This document shows positions 35,993 through 45,578 of a stretch of DNA of 64,000 bases, in pieces (position 1 is the first letter of the stretch; the number at the start of each line of letters is the position of its first letter). This stretch comes from Enterobacteria phage vB_EcoM_IME281. Under the pieces are notes generated by a model, which saw only the letters and a list, made by a program, of their open reading frames with translations, was not told where the DNA came from and did not search any database. The position numbers were made by a program, and so were the translations under genes. The stretch lies in sequence record MH051913; one strand, written 5' to 3'.

Positions 35993-38704
35993 ATGCAAGA
36001 ATTCTATTTGACAGTCGAACAAATCGGTGATAATATTCTCGAACGTTACATCGATAAAAATGGTAACGAACGTAGTCGTGAAGTTCCTTACAAGCCTACA
36101 ATGTTTATGCATGCTAACCCAGAGCAAGCCGTAAAATATATTGACATCTACGGTAAGGGCTGTGTTAAGAAAGAATTCGATTCAATGCGCGATGCTTCTC
36201 AGTGGATGAAGCGCATGGACGATATGGGTCTCGAAGCCCTTGGTATGGACGACTATAAATTAGCCTATTTGTCTGATACCTATCGTAAAGAAATCAAGTA
36301 TGATTCTTCCAAGATTCGTATTGCTAACTTCGACATCGAGGTAACATCCCCTGATGGATTCCCTGAACCTGCCCAGGCTAAACATCCTATCGATGCCATT
36401 ACTCACTACGACTCGATTGATGATAAATTCTATGTATTTGACCTTTTAGTTTCACCTTACGGTACGGTCGAAGAGTGGTCGATTAAAATCGCTGAGAAAC
36501 TCCAAGACGAAGGTGGTGACGAAGTTCCACAAGAAATCATTGACAAAATCGTTTATCTTCCGTTTAATTCTGAAGAAGAAATGATGCTTGAGTATCTGAA
36601 TTTCTGGCAACAGAAAACTCCTGTGATTTTGACTGGATGGAACGTTGAATCATTTGACGTGCCATACGTTTATAACCGTCTGAAAAATCTGTTTGGTGAG
36701 AACACTGCTAAGCGATTAAGCCCACATCGTAAGACTCGTGTTAAAGTTATCGAGAATATGTACGGTGTTCGCGAAATTATTACACTGTTCGGTATCTCTG
36801 TTCTGGATTATATCGACCTTTATAAAAAATTCAGCTTTACTAACCAGCCTTCTTATTCTCTGGATTATGTTTCTGAATATGAATTGAAAGTAGGTAAGTT
36901 GAAATATGATGGTCCTATCTCCAAGTTACGTGAGACGAACCACCAACGATATATTTCCTATAACATTATCGACGTATATCGTGTTGTGCAGATTGATATG
37001 AAACGCCAGTTCATTCTTCTTAGTCTGGACATGGGTTACTATGCCAAGATGCAGATTCAGTCGGTGTTCAGTCCAATTAAGACTTGGGACGCTATTATCT
37101 TTAATAGCCTTAAAGAACAGGGTAAAGTTATTCCTCAGGCCAAATCGCATGCGGTTCAACCTTATCCAGGTGCTTTCGTTAAGGAACCTATTCCTAACGC
37201 GTACAAATATGTAATGAGTTTCGACCTTACATCTCTGTACCCGAGTATCATTCGACAAGTGAATATAAGCCCAGAGACCATCGCAGGCACATTCGCCAAC
37301 GCACCGATACATGAATATATTGCCGGAACTGCTCCGCGTCCTAGCGACACCTACAGTTGCTCTCCTAACGGCATGATGTACTATAAAGACCGTGACGGTG
37401 TGATTCCTACAGAAATCACGAAGGTGTTCTTACAGCGTAAAGAACATAAAGGTTATATGCTTGCAGCTCAACGTAATGGTGAGTTAATTAAAGAAGCATT
37501 AGAAAATCCTAATCTGTCTGTTGATAGTCCACTGGATATCGATTATCGTTTCGACTTCTCTGACGAAATCAAAGCTCAGATTAAAAAATTGTCAGCATCT
37601 TCTTTAAAAGAAATGTTGTTCAAAGCCGAACGTACTGAAGTCGCAGGTATGACTGCTCAGATTAACCGTAAGTTGCTTATCAACTCCCTTTATGGTGCAC
37701 TTGGTAACGTATGGTTCCGTTACTATGACCTCAGGAACGCAACTGCAATCACATTGTTTGGTCAAATGGCCCTCCAATGGATTGAACGTAAGGTTAACGA
37801 ATATCTGAATGGCGTGTGCAAGACTGAAAACCAGAAGTTCGTGCTCTATGGTGATACTGACTCCATTTATGTTAAGGCTGACGCAATCATCAATAAAGTA
37901 GGCGAAGACAAATTCCGTGATACCAACCATTGGGTAGACTTCTTAGATAAATTTGCACGTGAACGTATGGAACCGGCTATTGATGCAGGCTTCCGTGAGA
38001 TGTGCGAATACATGAACAACAAACAGCACTTGATGTTCATGGACCGAGAAGCTATCGCTGGTCCTCCGCTTGGTTCTAAAGGTCTTGGTGGATTCTGGAC
38101 AGGCAAGAAACGTTATGCACTGAACGTTTGGGACATGGAAGGTACTCGTTATGCCGAACCACACTTGAAAATCATGGGTCTCGAAACTCAGAAATCAAGT
38201 ACGCCTAAAGCGGTTCAGAAAGCACTGAAAGAATGTATCCGTCGTATGCTTCAAGAAGGCGAGGCTTCTTTGCAAGAATATTTCAAACAGTTTAATAAGG
38301 AATTTAACGAATTAGACTATGTAAGCATTGCTGCAGTATCCAGTGCTAACAACATCGAGAAATATAATGAAGGCGGATTCCCTGGTTCTAAATGCCCGTA
38401 CCACATCAAAGGTTGCTTAGCTTACATGCGTGCTTCTGCTGGTGATTTGACTATGCCTCGTATCGTTGATGGTGAAAAGGTATATGTACTGCCACTTAAA
38501 GAAGGCAACCCGTTCGGTGAAGCTTGTATGGCATGGCCGTCAGGTATTGAACTTCCGATTCAGATTCGTGACCAAGTCCTCCGTTGGATGGACTACAACG
38601 TACTGTTCCAAAAGACCTTTATCAAACCTCTGACCGGTTTTACTGAGTCTGCTAAAATCGACTACGAGAAAAAAGCAACATTATTTGACATGTTTGACTT
38701 TTAA
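35993..38704 (+). CDS. 43: DNA polymerase gp43 (family B)
   Basis: Exo motifs FDIEV, YNIIDV; pol motifs SLYPSI, YGDTDS; starts MQEFYLTVEQIG (track start 35933 is upstream in-frame). Confidence 0.97.
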   Translation: MQEFYLTVEQIGDNILERYIDKNGNERSREVPYKPTMFMHANPEQAVKYIDIYGKGCVKKEFDSMRDASQWMKRMDDMGLEALGMDDYKLAYLSDTYRKEIKYDSSKIRIANFDIEVTSPDGFPEPAQAKHPIDAITHYDSIDDKFYVFDLLVSPYGTVEEWSIKIAEKLQDEGGDEVPQEIIDKIVYLPFNSEEEMMLEYLNFWQQKTPVILTGWNVESFDVPYVYNRLKNLFGENTAKRLSPHRKTRVKVIENMYGVREIITLFGISVLDYIDLYKKFSFTNQPSYSLDYVSEYELKVGKLKYDGPISKLRETNHQRYISYNIIDVYRVVQIDMKRQFILLSLDMGYYAKMQIQSVFSPIKTWDAIIFNSLKEQGKVIPQAKSHAVQPYPGAFVKEPIPNAYKYVMSFDLTSLYPSIIRQVNISPETIAGTFANAPIHEYIAGTAPRPSDTYSCSPNGMMYYKDRDGVIPTEITKVFLQRKEHKGYMLAAQRNGELIKEALENPNLSVDSPLDIDYRFDFSDEIKAQIKKLSASSLKEMLFKAERTEVAGMTAQINRKLLINSLYGALGNVWFRYYDLRNATAITLFGQMALQWIERKVNEYLNGVCKTENQKFVLYGDTDSIYVKADAIINKVGEDKFRDTNHWVDFLDKFARERMEPAIDAGFREMCEYMNNKQHLMFMDREAIAGPPLGSKGLGGFWTGKKRYALNVWDMEGTRYAEPHLKIMGLETQKSSTPKAVQKALKECIRRMLQEGEASLQEYFKQFNKEFNELDYVSIAAVSSANNIEKYNEGGFPGSKCPYHIKGCLAYMRASAGDLTMPRIVDGEKVYVLPLKEGNPFGEACMAWPSGIELPIQIRDQVLRWMDYNVLFQKTFIKPLTGFTESAKIDYEKKATLFDMFDF

Positions 38705-38706
38705 GT

Positions 38707-38750
38707 GTTTACATACCACATGGAACGTGGTAGTATCCTTCCTATCAACT
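38707..38750 (+). promoter_or_regulatory. early promoter cassette (PeSL-like) upstream of imm-like gene
   Basis: GTTTAC-N18-TAGTAT then CCTATCAACTACATGAGGAA. Confidence 0.6.
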
Positions 38751-38766
38751 ACATGAGGAAATTATA

Positions 38767-39003
38767 ATGGAAGCTTTAATCGTTAGTGCTGGTGTTTTAG
38801 GATTCGGTTCTCTGGTTATTATGTTCATTGGTTACTTTTTACCATGGATTCTGGCCCTTCTGCGAGGCACTCGTAGCAATGTCGGAATCTTCTTCCTTAA
38901 TCTCCTGTTAGGGTGGACGATGATTGGTTGGGTAGTGGCTTTAATCTGGGCTATCGTCGCTGAACGTAAATCAAACGCACAAATCATTATCGTTAAACAA
39001 TGA
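38767..39003 (+). CDS. superinfection immunity (Imm)-like membrane protein
   Basis: 78 aa, two TM helices, LLGWTMIGWVVALIWA motif; directly downstream of gene 43 as T4 imm. Confidence 0.6.
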   Translation: MEALIVSAGVLGFGSLVIMFIGYFLPWILALLRGTRSNVGIFFLNLLLGWTMIGWVVALIWAIVAERKSNAQIIIVKQ

Positions 39004-39137
39004 AGATAATTATTTTATTTCTTATAATGGCTGCCTTTACCGTTTATTGGGCAGTGGCAATTCCTCCAATGATTCCAACATTAATCATGGGATGGATTAT
39101 TCTTATAGCACAAATTAAGTATAACTGTTTTAATTGA
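39000..39137 (+). CDS. hypothetical small membrane protein
   Basis: 45-codon hydrophobic ORF, ATGA-coupled. Confidence 0.35.
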   Translation: MKIIILFLIMAAFTVYWAVAIPPMIPTLIMGWIILIAQIKYNCFN

Positions 39138-39144
39138 GGATATT

Positions 39145-39645
39145 ATGAAAAAGTTAATTATCGCAATGAGTATGCTCCTATCAGGTTGCGCAGTCCAATA
39201 TGGTGATGCAGTTTCTGCTGATGAAGTTGGTAAAGCTCGTATCGCAGCTGAACAGAAACAATTCGACGGCGAAATGAAATTCCGTGCCGGTTCTGGACTT
39301 GTGTACACCCGAGCTAATAATCAATGTGGTAATAACTGTGCAAAATATGCTCAAAGGGAAATCGAATTCCAACGTGAACAAGAGTCTAAGCGTGAAGCGG
39401 TACTAGCCAAACACCAGGCAGAAATGAAGCGCCAAGATGATTTGTACAAAAAGCAGAAACTGTATGCCATGTGTGTAAACCATATCAATCTACAGATTTC
39501 TGTCCACGAGGCTCGTTATTACGAAATGCTCGAAACCGAGAGCTTCGATAAGGCTCGTGATTATAAGAAACAAATCAACAAGCTTAAGACCAAAGTGCCT
39601 GCTGCAGTAGAACAGTGCATGGAATACGGTAAAGATAAGATTTAA
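39145..39645 (+). CDS. predicted lipoprotein
   Basis: Signal peptide with lipobox LLSGC; 166 aa. Confidence 0.6.
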   Translation: MKKLIIAMSMLLSGCAVQYGDAVSADEVGKARIAAEQKQFDGEMKFRAGSGLVYTRANNQCGNNCAKYAQREIEFQREQESKREAVLAKHQAEMKRQDDLYKKQKLYAMCVNHINLQISVHEARYYEMLETESFDKARDYKKQINKLKTKVPAAVEQCMEYGKDKI

Positions 39646-39706
39646 GCAATAGAAATTTATTAAAAAATAGTGTATAATGTACCTACATTCACTTGAGGAA
39701 CAGATA

Positions 39707-41380
39707 ATGAAAAAGGTTGTTATTTTAGGCGCAGGTCTTGGCTCACGGTTGTATCCAATTACTAACGAAATCCCAAAGGTATTGGTTAACTACAAACAAC
39801 ATACGGTATTAAAACATTTGTATGATTTGTATAGTAACCAATCAGATGAAATTATTCTGGTTATTCACAGCAAATTTAACGACCTCGTTAAAGGCTATAT
39901 TAAATCCATTAACATGATTACTGGTGATAAGCCTAAATTCACTATTCGTAACGTTGATGTTGCTAATGGTTCAGCTCATGCTATCGATTGCATTGCCGAA
40001 GATATCATTGGCCATAATGTCCTGTTTAACTGGTGTGACATCATTCCTATCGGTCATAAAGTTGAATGGGGTAACGACTATTGTTATACCTATGGAACTG
40101 ACTGTCGCTTTACATTTGAAGAACCGTACTTACGTGAAATTGGTACCGGTGGCGGTGTAGTTGGTTTGTATCAGGTAGCCAATTGGACAGGTTTCGACCG
40201 TTCTAATTATGGCGAAGACCTTGCTGATAACCTGGATTCAATGGTCTATTTGACTGAACGTAAACTGGATTTTGTAGTTGATGTCGGTGACAAATTGAAA
40301 CTTGCCAAGGCCCATGAAGATTCTGAAATTAACCGTGAATTTAATAAATTAGAGTTCACCGAGAATCTGGCTATTAAAGTACCAACTAACGAATTAGGTA
40401 AAGAAATTCAATCTAAAGAAATCAATTGGTATAATTCTATTGATTCTGAATTCGTTCCTAGCATTGTAGACTTTTCTCCAGGCGAATTCATTAAAATGGA
40501 ACGTATCTTTGGTCGTACCATGGCAGATGCCTACCGGTTTATGTCCAAAGAAACTAAAGTCCTCATGGTTTATAAGGTCATTAGTGCATTACGTTCATTC
40601 GGTGGAACTATCGATAACCCGTCCGATGAGCAGTGGTATTCCGATGTTAAGAAAGAAGTATTGGACAAGGTCCTTATTCGTAATGCTTCTATTGCCGGAT
40701 TGATTGAAGGCTTTGCTCCACAGGGCATTACCCATGTTAACGATTTCAAAGTAGGCGACCCCGAAAAACTTCTCCGCCATGCACTAGAAATTCTGTCCGA
40801 ACATAAAGAACCGTACCAACTTATTCACGGCGACCCGCACTACAGTAATATTATGTTGTCGGATGAAGGTGATATTAAAATCATCGACCCGCGTGGTTAT
40901 TTTGGTAATAGTTCTAAAGGCCCTGCGATTTATGATGAAGCTAAGGTGCTTTATTCTATCGATGGCTATGACAAATTTAACTCAGACCCTCTATGGGGTG
41001 GATTAACTCGTAACGGAACCCGTGTATTCGTTGATATCGAAAAGGTTATGCCTTTAGACGATATTCCTATGTGCACATTTAAGCACAAGCTCTGGATTGC
41101 TGTTATTTGGATGGCTCTGGCAGGTTACTTTAAGAATAACCCTCTGAAAGCTCTGGGTGCTTATTATAACGGTTTGTATCAACTGAGTGTGCTGCTTAAG
41201 CGGCATCCTCGTAAGCGTAAGCTTATCACAGGTGAATTTGTCGATGAAGTTCGTGACCCTATCACGGCTCAAATTATTACTCGTTGCCCTGATAAGTGGG
41301 TTTTGCTTGACCAGGAAACTGGTGTAAAATATAAACCTACAGGTTCTACTGAACTCCACAAACAATGGAAGAAAATTTAA
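39707..41380 (+). CDS. bifunctional sugar-phosphate nucleotidyltransferase / kinase (NTP-transferase N-domain, APH/ChoK-like kinase C-domain)
   Basis: N-terminal GAGLGSRLYPITNEIPKVLV (G-x-G-x-R-L-x-P-x-T..PK); C-terminal Brenner motif IHGDPHYSN and IIDPRG. Confidence 0.75.
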   Translation: MKKVVILGAGLGSRLYPITNEIPKVLVNYKQHTVLKHLYDLYSNQSDEIILVIHSKFNDLVKGYIKSINMITGDKPKFTIRNVDVANGSAHAIDCIAEDIIGHNVLFNWCDIIPIGHKVEWGNDYCYTYGTDCRFTFEEPYLREIGTGGGVVGLYQVANWTGFDRSNYGEDLADNLDSMVYLTERKLDFVVDVGDKLKLAKAHEDSEINREFNKLEFTENLAIKVPTNELGKEIQSKEINWYNSIDSEFVPSIVDFSPGEFIKMERIFGRTMADAYRFMSKETKVLMVYKVISALRSFGGTIDNPSDEQWYSDVKKEVLDKVLIRNASIAGLIEGFAPQGITHVNDFKVGDPEKLLRHALEILSEHKEPYQLIHGDPHYSNIMLSDEGDIKIIDPRGYFGNSSKGPAIYDEAKVLYSIDGYDKFNSDPLWGGLTRNGTRVFVDIEKVMPLDDIPMCTFKHKLWIAVIWMALAGYFKNNPLKALGAYYNGLYQLSVLLKRHPRKRKLITGEFVDEVRDPITAQIITRCPDKWVLLDQETGVKYKPTGSTELHKQWKKI

Positions 41381-41763
41381 TGTCGCATCGAGTAGAAAAT
41401 AAGCCACATTTATGTTTTGATATCGATAACACAATCACGATTTGGAACCATGACCGTGATTATGAGAACTTTAAACCGGACACCGAAATGGTGTCCATGA
41501 TTAATAAGCTTTATGATGAAGGGTACGAGATTACATTATTCACTGCCCGCGGCATGACTTCATGTGGCCCAGGTCGAATCTTGGTTGAAGTAGTTCCTGC
41601 ATTGGTTAAGAACCTTGAAAAGATTGGATTGAAATATCATAATCTGCTTACGCATAAGCCGAGTTATACTTTTATCATCGATGACCGAGCAATCCGTCCT
41701 GACCACTTTAAAGAAATGGTTCGTGAAGGAACTCTTGATAGTTATAAGGCCTATCATCCATGA
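41380..41763 (+). CDS. HAD-superfamily phosphatase
   Basis: HAD motif I CFDIDNTIT; 127 aa; TAATG coupling to upstream gene. Confidence 0.65.
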   Translation: MSHRVENKPHLCFDIDNTITIWNHDRDYENFKPDTEMVSMINKLYDEGYEITLFTARGMTSCGPGRILVEVVPALVKNLEKIGLKYHNLLTHKPSYTFIIDDRAIRPDHFKEMVREGTLDSYKAYHP

Positions 41764-42296
41764 ATCCAAAAATCATTGTTATAGACGGCCCGGATAATTC
41801 CGGGAAGTCCACTTTAATTAAAAATCTGTTATCCAATAAGAAATACCGCCTTATTGATTTTCCTAAAAAGATTAATGGCAAGTGTATTTCATTAGGAACT
41901 GATAACGATAAGGCTTTAGTTGAAACTCTGTATAAGTTTTTAGACCCTAATTTCGTTTATATCCTTGACCGTGGTTATCCAAGTAATATTGTTTACTCAG
42001 GATTCCTTCGTGGTGAAATGGACCCTTATGTAGAACTGGAAGATTGGAAAGGGTTTAAATCCGAATTTAACGTTATCGAGGTTATTTTAACTCGCAATCC
42101 ATTAGACGAAGACTTCGAAGACGACCTTATTAAATTAACCAAAGATGAGTTCAACCTAACTATCCGGCAATACGAAACATGTTTTGAAAACGTGTTTAAA
42201 ATCTTAAATCATGACGGCCATAATAATTTGCTTAATGTTGATATGGTAGAATTAAAACGTCTGAACGAATATATTGAAAATAAGGTGAATAAATGA
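41760..42296 (+). CDS. P-loop kinase (nucleotide/nucleoside kinase-like)
   Basis: Walker A IDGPDNSGKSTL at N-terminus as in thymidylate/deoxynucleoside kinases. Confidence 0.6.
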   Translation: MNPKIIVIDGPDNSGKSTLIKNLLSNKKYRLIDFPKKINGKCISLGTDNDKALVETLYKFLDPNFVYILDRGYPSNIVYSGFLRGEMDPYVELEDWKGFKSEFNVIEVILTRNPLDEDFEDDLIKLTKDEFNLTIRQYETCFENVFKILNHDGHNNLLNVDMVELKRLNEYIENKVNK

Positions 42297-42991
42297 AACA
42301 CATTACCGCTGTTAGTTTTGAAAATGCATTTAAACAAATGAACGAAGAAATCCTGGAAGCTCCACAGTTTGCAGTTGATTCTCGTATCGGACGTTGTTAT
42401 GAAATTGGTTCTGCTTCGGTAGAAGTACTGGATGCAAGCACCTATAAATTCACCGACCCACGTATCAATCGTATTAGTTATGAATATGCCGAATCCTTTT
42501 GGAAATTTATGATTTCTGGTGGTACTGACGCTGCCGAAGCATTTAAGGAATACCCTAATGTTGCTAAGTTCATTGATAAGCCGAAAAGTGATGTATTGCC
42601 TGCAAACTTCAACACTTTCTATGGACCTCGAATTGTGGCCCAACTCCCAGCCCTACTTAAAGAGCTTAAAGAAAAGGCTAACTCGCGAAGAGTTGTGTTC
42701 CAGATTCTCCAAGAACAAGACCAAGCCCTCCTTGATTCTGACGAATCCTTAGAATATCCTTGCACCGATTCGGTAACGTATTATATTCGTGACGGACGTT
42801 TGTATGCACACACCCATATGCGTTCACAAAACTGCGCCGTTGTTATGCAGCTGGATTTCTATCTGCAGGGTAAACTGATGGCATTTATTGCTGAACAGTG
42901 TGGTGTCGGTTTAGGTACATATTCCCACACCATGGTAAGTGCACACGTGTTTGAACGTGATTTTGACTACGTCCGAGGTTTCCTGAAATGA
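42293..42991 (+). CDS. 42: dCMP hydroxymethylase-like enzyme (thymidylate synthase fold), divergent
   Basis: Catalytic Cys context YPCTDSVTYYIRD and MRS..; Asp in QLDFY at the dCMP-specificity position; position of T4 gene 42. Confidence 0.75.
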   Translation: MKHITAVSFENAFKQMNEEILEAPQFAVDSRIGRCYEIGSASVEVLDASTYKFTDPRINRISYEYAESFWKFMISGGTDAAEAFKEYPNVAKFIDKPKSDVLPANFNTFYGPRIVAQLPALLKELKEKANSRRVVFQILQEQDQALLDSDESLEYPCTDSVTYYIRDGRLYAHTHMRSQNCAVVMQLDFYLQGKLMAFIAEQCGVGLGTYSHTMVSAHVFERDFDYVRGFLK

Positions 42992-43881
42992 GTTTGTTTA
43001 TCGTTCCTATTTTCAGTATGCGTAGTTACGAAACAGGTGAATATGCCGTCCTTAAGGACGGCAATTTTCAACTCCATTTAAATCGTGCTCGTCCAGGTGA
43101 TTATCTGGCTTATCCTAGAAATTCGAGCGATATCAAAGAATGCATTGAATTATTCCCAGAACTGAATTTCGTACCACTTTGGTATAAAGAAAATGCTTAT
43201 GAAACCCGTAAACATTTCTGGTCTGAAAATGAGTTTGTAGTCGATTCACTAATCGAATACTATGATTGCTCAGGACTGGTGACCGATATCACCGGTTATG
43301 ATGGTGCTCATACTGTACAATTCAACTTTAATATCACAATGGACCCTGAAGTTCCTCGTTATTATATCGACGAGTTCATTGATATTGATGTGGCTTCAGT
43401 TGAACGTTCACTTTATACTACAGTCTTGAATCAATGCCAGAAAGACGTCCTGGTGTCACGAGGTGCATCCTCTGATAAGATTTTTGTAGACCAAAAGGTA
43501 ATTAATCCTGCAGTAATTGAGCGTTACTCTGAAGGTCTAGCGCCTATTAAAATTGATGGTATTTTCCATCCATTCCGTATTTCGGATAAGTGTTATCAAT
43601 TCGAAAGAGTTGTAGACCAAGCTGCCGCTGAAGGTGCTCGTCTTTATATCACCGACCCTAATGATTCATTTAAGCGCGAAGACTATCGTCCTGATGTAGA
43701 GATTATTAAATTCAAACCGAGTAAGGTTGAATATTATCAAATTCTGAAATCAAGACCACATATCATTTATCATGAGAACCCAGGTTTAGTATTCCATCCT
43801 GGTCTGGCTGAATTCATTTATTTCGGTGCCAATATTCATTCTGAATACGAAATGCCACGTTATGAGGACGTAGTATGCTAG
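42988..43881 (+). CDS. hypothetical protein (candidate DNA sugar transferase by position)
   Basis: 297-aa ORF where T4 has beta-glucosyltransferase; no motif recognised by eye. Confidence 0.6.
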   Translation: MSLFIVPIFSMRSYETGEYAVLKDGNFQLHLNRARPGDYLAYPRNSSDIKECIELFPELNFVPLWYKENAYETRKHFWSENEFVVDSLIEYYDCSGLVTDITGYDGAHTVQFNFNITMDPEVPRYYIDEFIDIDVASVERSLYTTVLNQCQKDVLVSRGASSDKIFVDQKVINPAVIERYSEGLAPIKIDGIFHPFRISDKCYQFERVVDQAAAEGARLYITDPNDSFKREDYRPDVEIIKFKPSKVEYYQILKSRPHIIYHENPGLVFHPGLAEFIYFGANIHSEYEMPRYEDVVC

Positions 43882-44006
43882 GTCCTCTATTGCTTTTTAT
43901 AGGTTTGGTATTATTCTCTTTCGGAGCCTTGCTATTATTAGTGTGGCTCGAGAAACGAGAAGTTCGGAAGATAGTCGATAAGGCTATCAACCGAGGAATT
44001 AAGTAA
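43875..44006 (+). CDS. hypothetical small membrane protein
   Basis: 43-codon hydrophobic ORF overlapping upstream stop. Confidence 0.35.
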   Translation: MLGPLLLFIGLVLFSFGALLLLVWLEKREVRKIVDKAINRGIK

Positions 44007-44083
44007 TGCTGTAGCTGTGAAGTGATATAATTACCCTATCTTAAAACGTGAGAAAAATATAATGATGCCTATGGAAAAATATA

Positions 44084-45256
44084 ATGTCTGATTTAAAATC
44101 CCGTTTGATTAAAGCTTCTACTTCTAAAATGACTGCCGACCTGACCAAATCTAAATTGTTTAATGGTCGTGACGAAGTTCCTACTCGTATTCCTATGCTT
44201 AATATTGCATTGGGTGGTGCGTTGAATGCAGGCTTACAATCAGGTTTGACAATCTTTGCTGCACCGTCTAAACACTTTAAAACGTTGTTTGGATTAACTA
44301 TGGTTGCGGCATATATGAAGAAATATCCAGACGCAATTTGCTTGTTCTATGACTCTGAGTTCGGTGCTTCAGAATCTTATTTCCGTTCAATGGGTGTTGA
44401 CCTGGAACGTGTAGTTCATACGCCAATCCAGTCAGTCGAACAACTGAAGGTTGACATGACCAACCAATTAGAAGAAATTACTCGTGGTGAAAAGGTTATT
44501 ATCTTTATCGACTCCATCGGTAACACTGCTTCTAAGAAAGAAACCGAAGATGCTTTGAACGAGAAAGTTGTAGGTGATATGACTCGTGCTAAGTCTCTGA
44601 AATCTCTGTTCCGTATCGTAACACCTTATCTGACTATCAAGGATATTCCTTGCGTAGCAATTAACCATACGGCTATGGAAATTGGTGGAATGTATCCTAA
44701 AGAGATTATGGGTGGCGGTACTGGTATTCTGTACTCTGCTTCTACCGTATTCTTTATCTCTAAACGTCAGGTTAAAGATGGTACCGAGCTCACTGGTTAT
44801 GACTTCACCCTGAAGGCCGAAAAATCTCGTACTGTTAAAGAGAAATCAACGTTCCCAATTACTGTGAACTTTGAAGGCGGTATCGACCCGTTTAGTGGTC
44901 TGCTCGAAATGGCTACTGATATCGGTTTTGTCGTGAAACCTAAAGCCGGTTGGTATAATCGTGCATTCCTTGACGAAACCACGGGTGAAATGGTTCAAGA
45001 AGAAAAAGCATGGCGTGCTAAAGCTACCGATTGCGTTGAGTTCTGGGGACCGCTGTTTAAACATGCTCCGTTCCGTGAAGCAATCGAGAATAAGTATAAG
45101 CTCGGTGCAATTAATTCTATTAAAGAAGTTGACGATGCAGTGAACGACCTTATTAACTCTCGTGTCTCTAAGAACGTTGCTGTTAAATTAGGTGGAAATA
45201 CCCAAAGCGCCGCTGATATCGAAAACGATTTAGAAGAGATGGATTTAGATGACTGA
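44084..45256 (+). CDS. uvsX: RecA-like recombinase UvsX
   Basis: 390 aa collinear with T4 UvsX (MSDLKSRLIKASTSK...LFYDSEFG...KETEDALNEKVV.DMTRAKS.KSLFRIVTPY). Confidence 0.95.
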   Translation: MSDLKSRLIKASTSKMTADLTKSKLFNGRDEVPTRIPMLNIALGGALNAGLQSGLTIFAAPSKHFKTLFGLTMVAAYMKKYPDAICLFYDSEFGASESYFRSMGVDLERVVHTPIQSVEQLKVDMTNQLEEITRGEKVIIFIDSIGNTASKKETEDALNEKVVGDMTRAKSLKSLFRIVTPYLTIKDIPCVAINHTAMEIGGMYPKEIMGGGTGILYSASTVFFISKRQVKDGTELTGYDFTLKAEKSRTVKEKSTFPITVNFEGGIDPFSGLLEMATDIGFVVKPKAGWYNRAFLDETTGEMVQEEKAWRAKATDCVEFWGPLFKHAPFREAIENKYKLGAINSIKEVDDAVNDLINSRVSKNVAVKLGGNTQSAADIENDLEEMDLDD

Positions 45257-45578
45257 TTTATCTGATTTAGATAATTTTGTTAAAGACACTGAAGAGGGTC
45301 CTAGTGACCCTCGTTATTATGAGAAATCGTTAGATATAATCCGTAAGTCAATGGGTTCGGTTAAGCAGGAAATTATGCTTACTTTACCCGATGGCACTGC
45401 TCACATCGTTTATGTGATGAATATTGTTATTGAGAAAGATGGAAAAGTGTCGGTTGATTTCGGAACGCCTTCCGAAGACCGAAAAGAAGAGCTAGCGCTT
45501 CATGTAGAAAAATGTGTTACAATGCAAATACAAGAAGAACTGGATAAAATTAAATCTAAGAGGTGGTGGAAGTGGTAG
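45249..45578 (+). CDS. hypothetical protein (position of T4 gene 40)
   Basis: 109-aa ORF between uvsX and 41. Confidence 0.5.
   Translation: MTDLSDLDNFVKDTEEGPSDPRYYEKSLDIIRKSMGSVKQEIMLTLPDGTAHIVYVMNIVIEKDGKVSVDFGTPSEDRKEELALHVEKCVTMQIQEELDKIKSKRWWKW

Noticed and set aside
35933-38704. Track start for DNA polymerase at 35933
   Set aside because: The T4/RB69-type N-terminus (M-x-EFY…) begins at the ATG at 35993, which follows an AAAGGAAAT SD; the upstream extension overlaps the terminator/promoter region.
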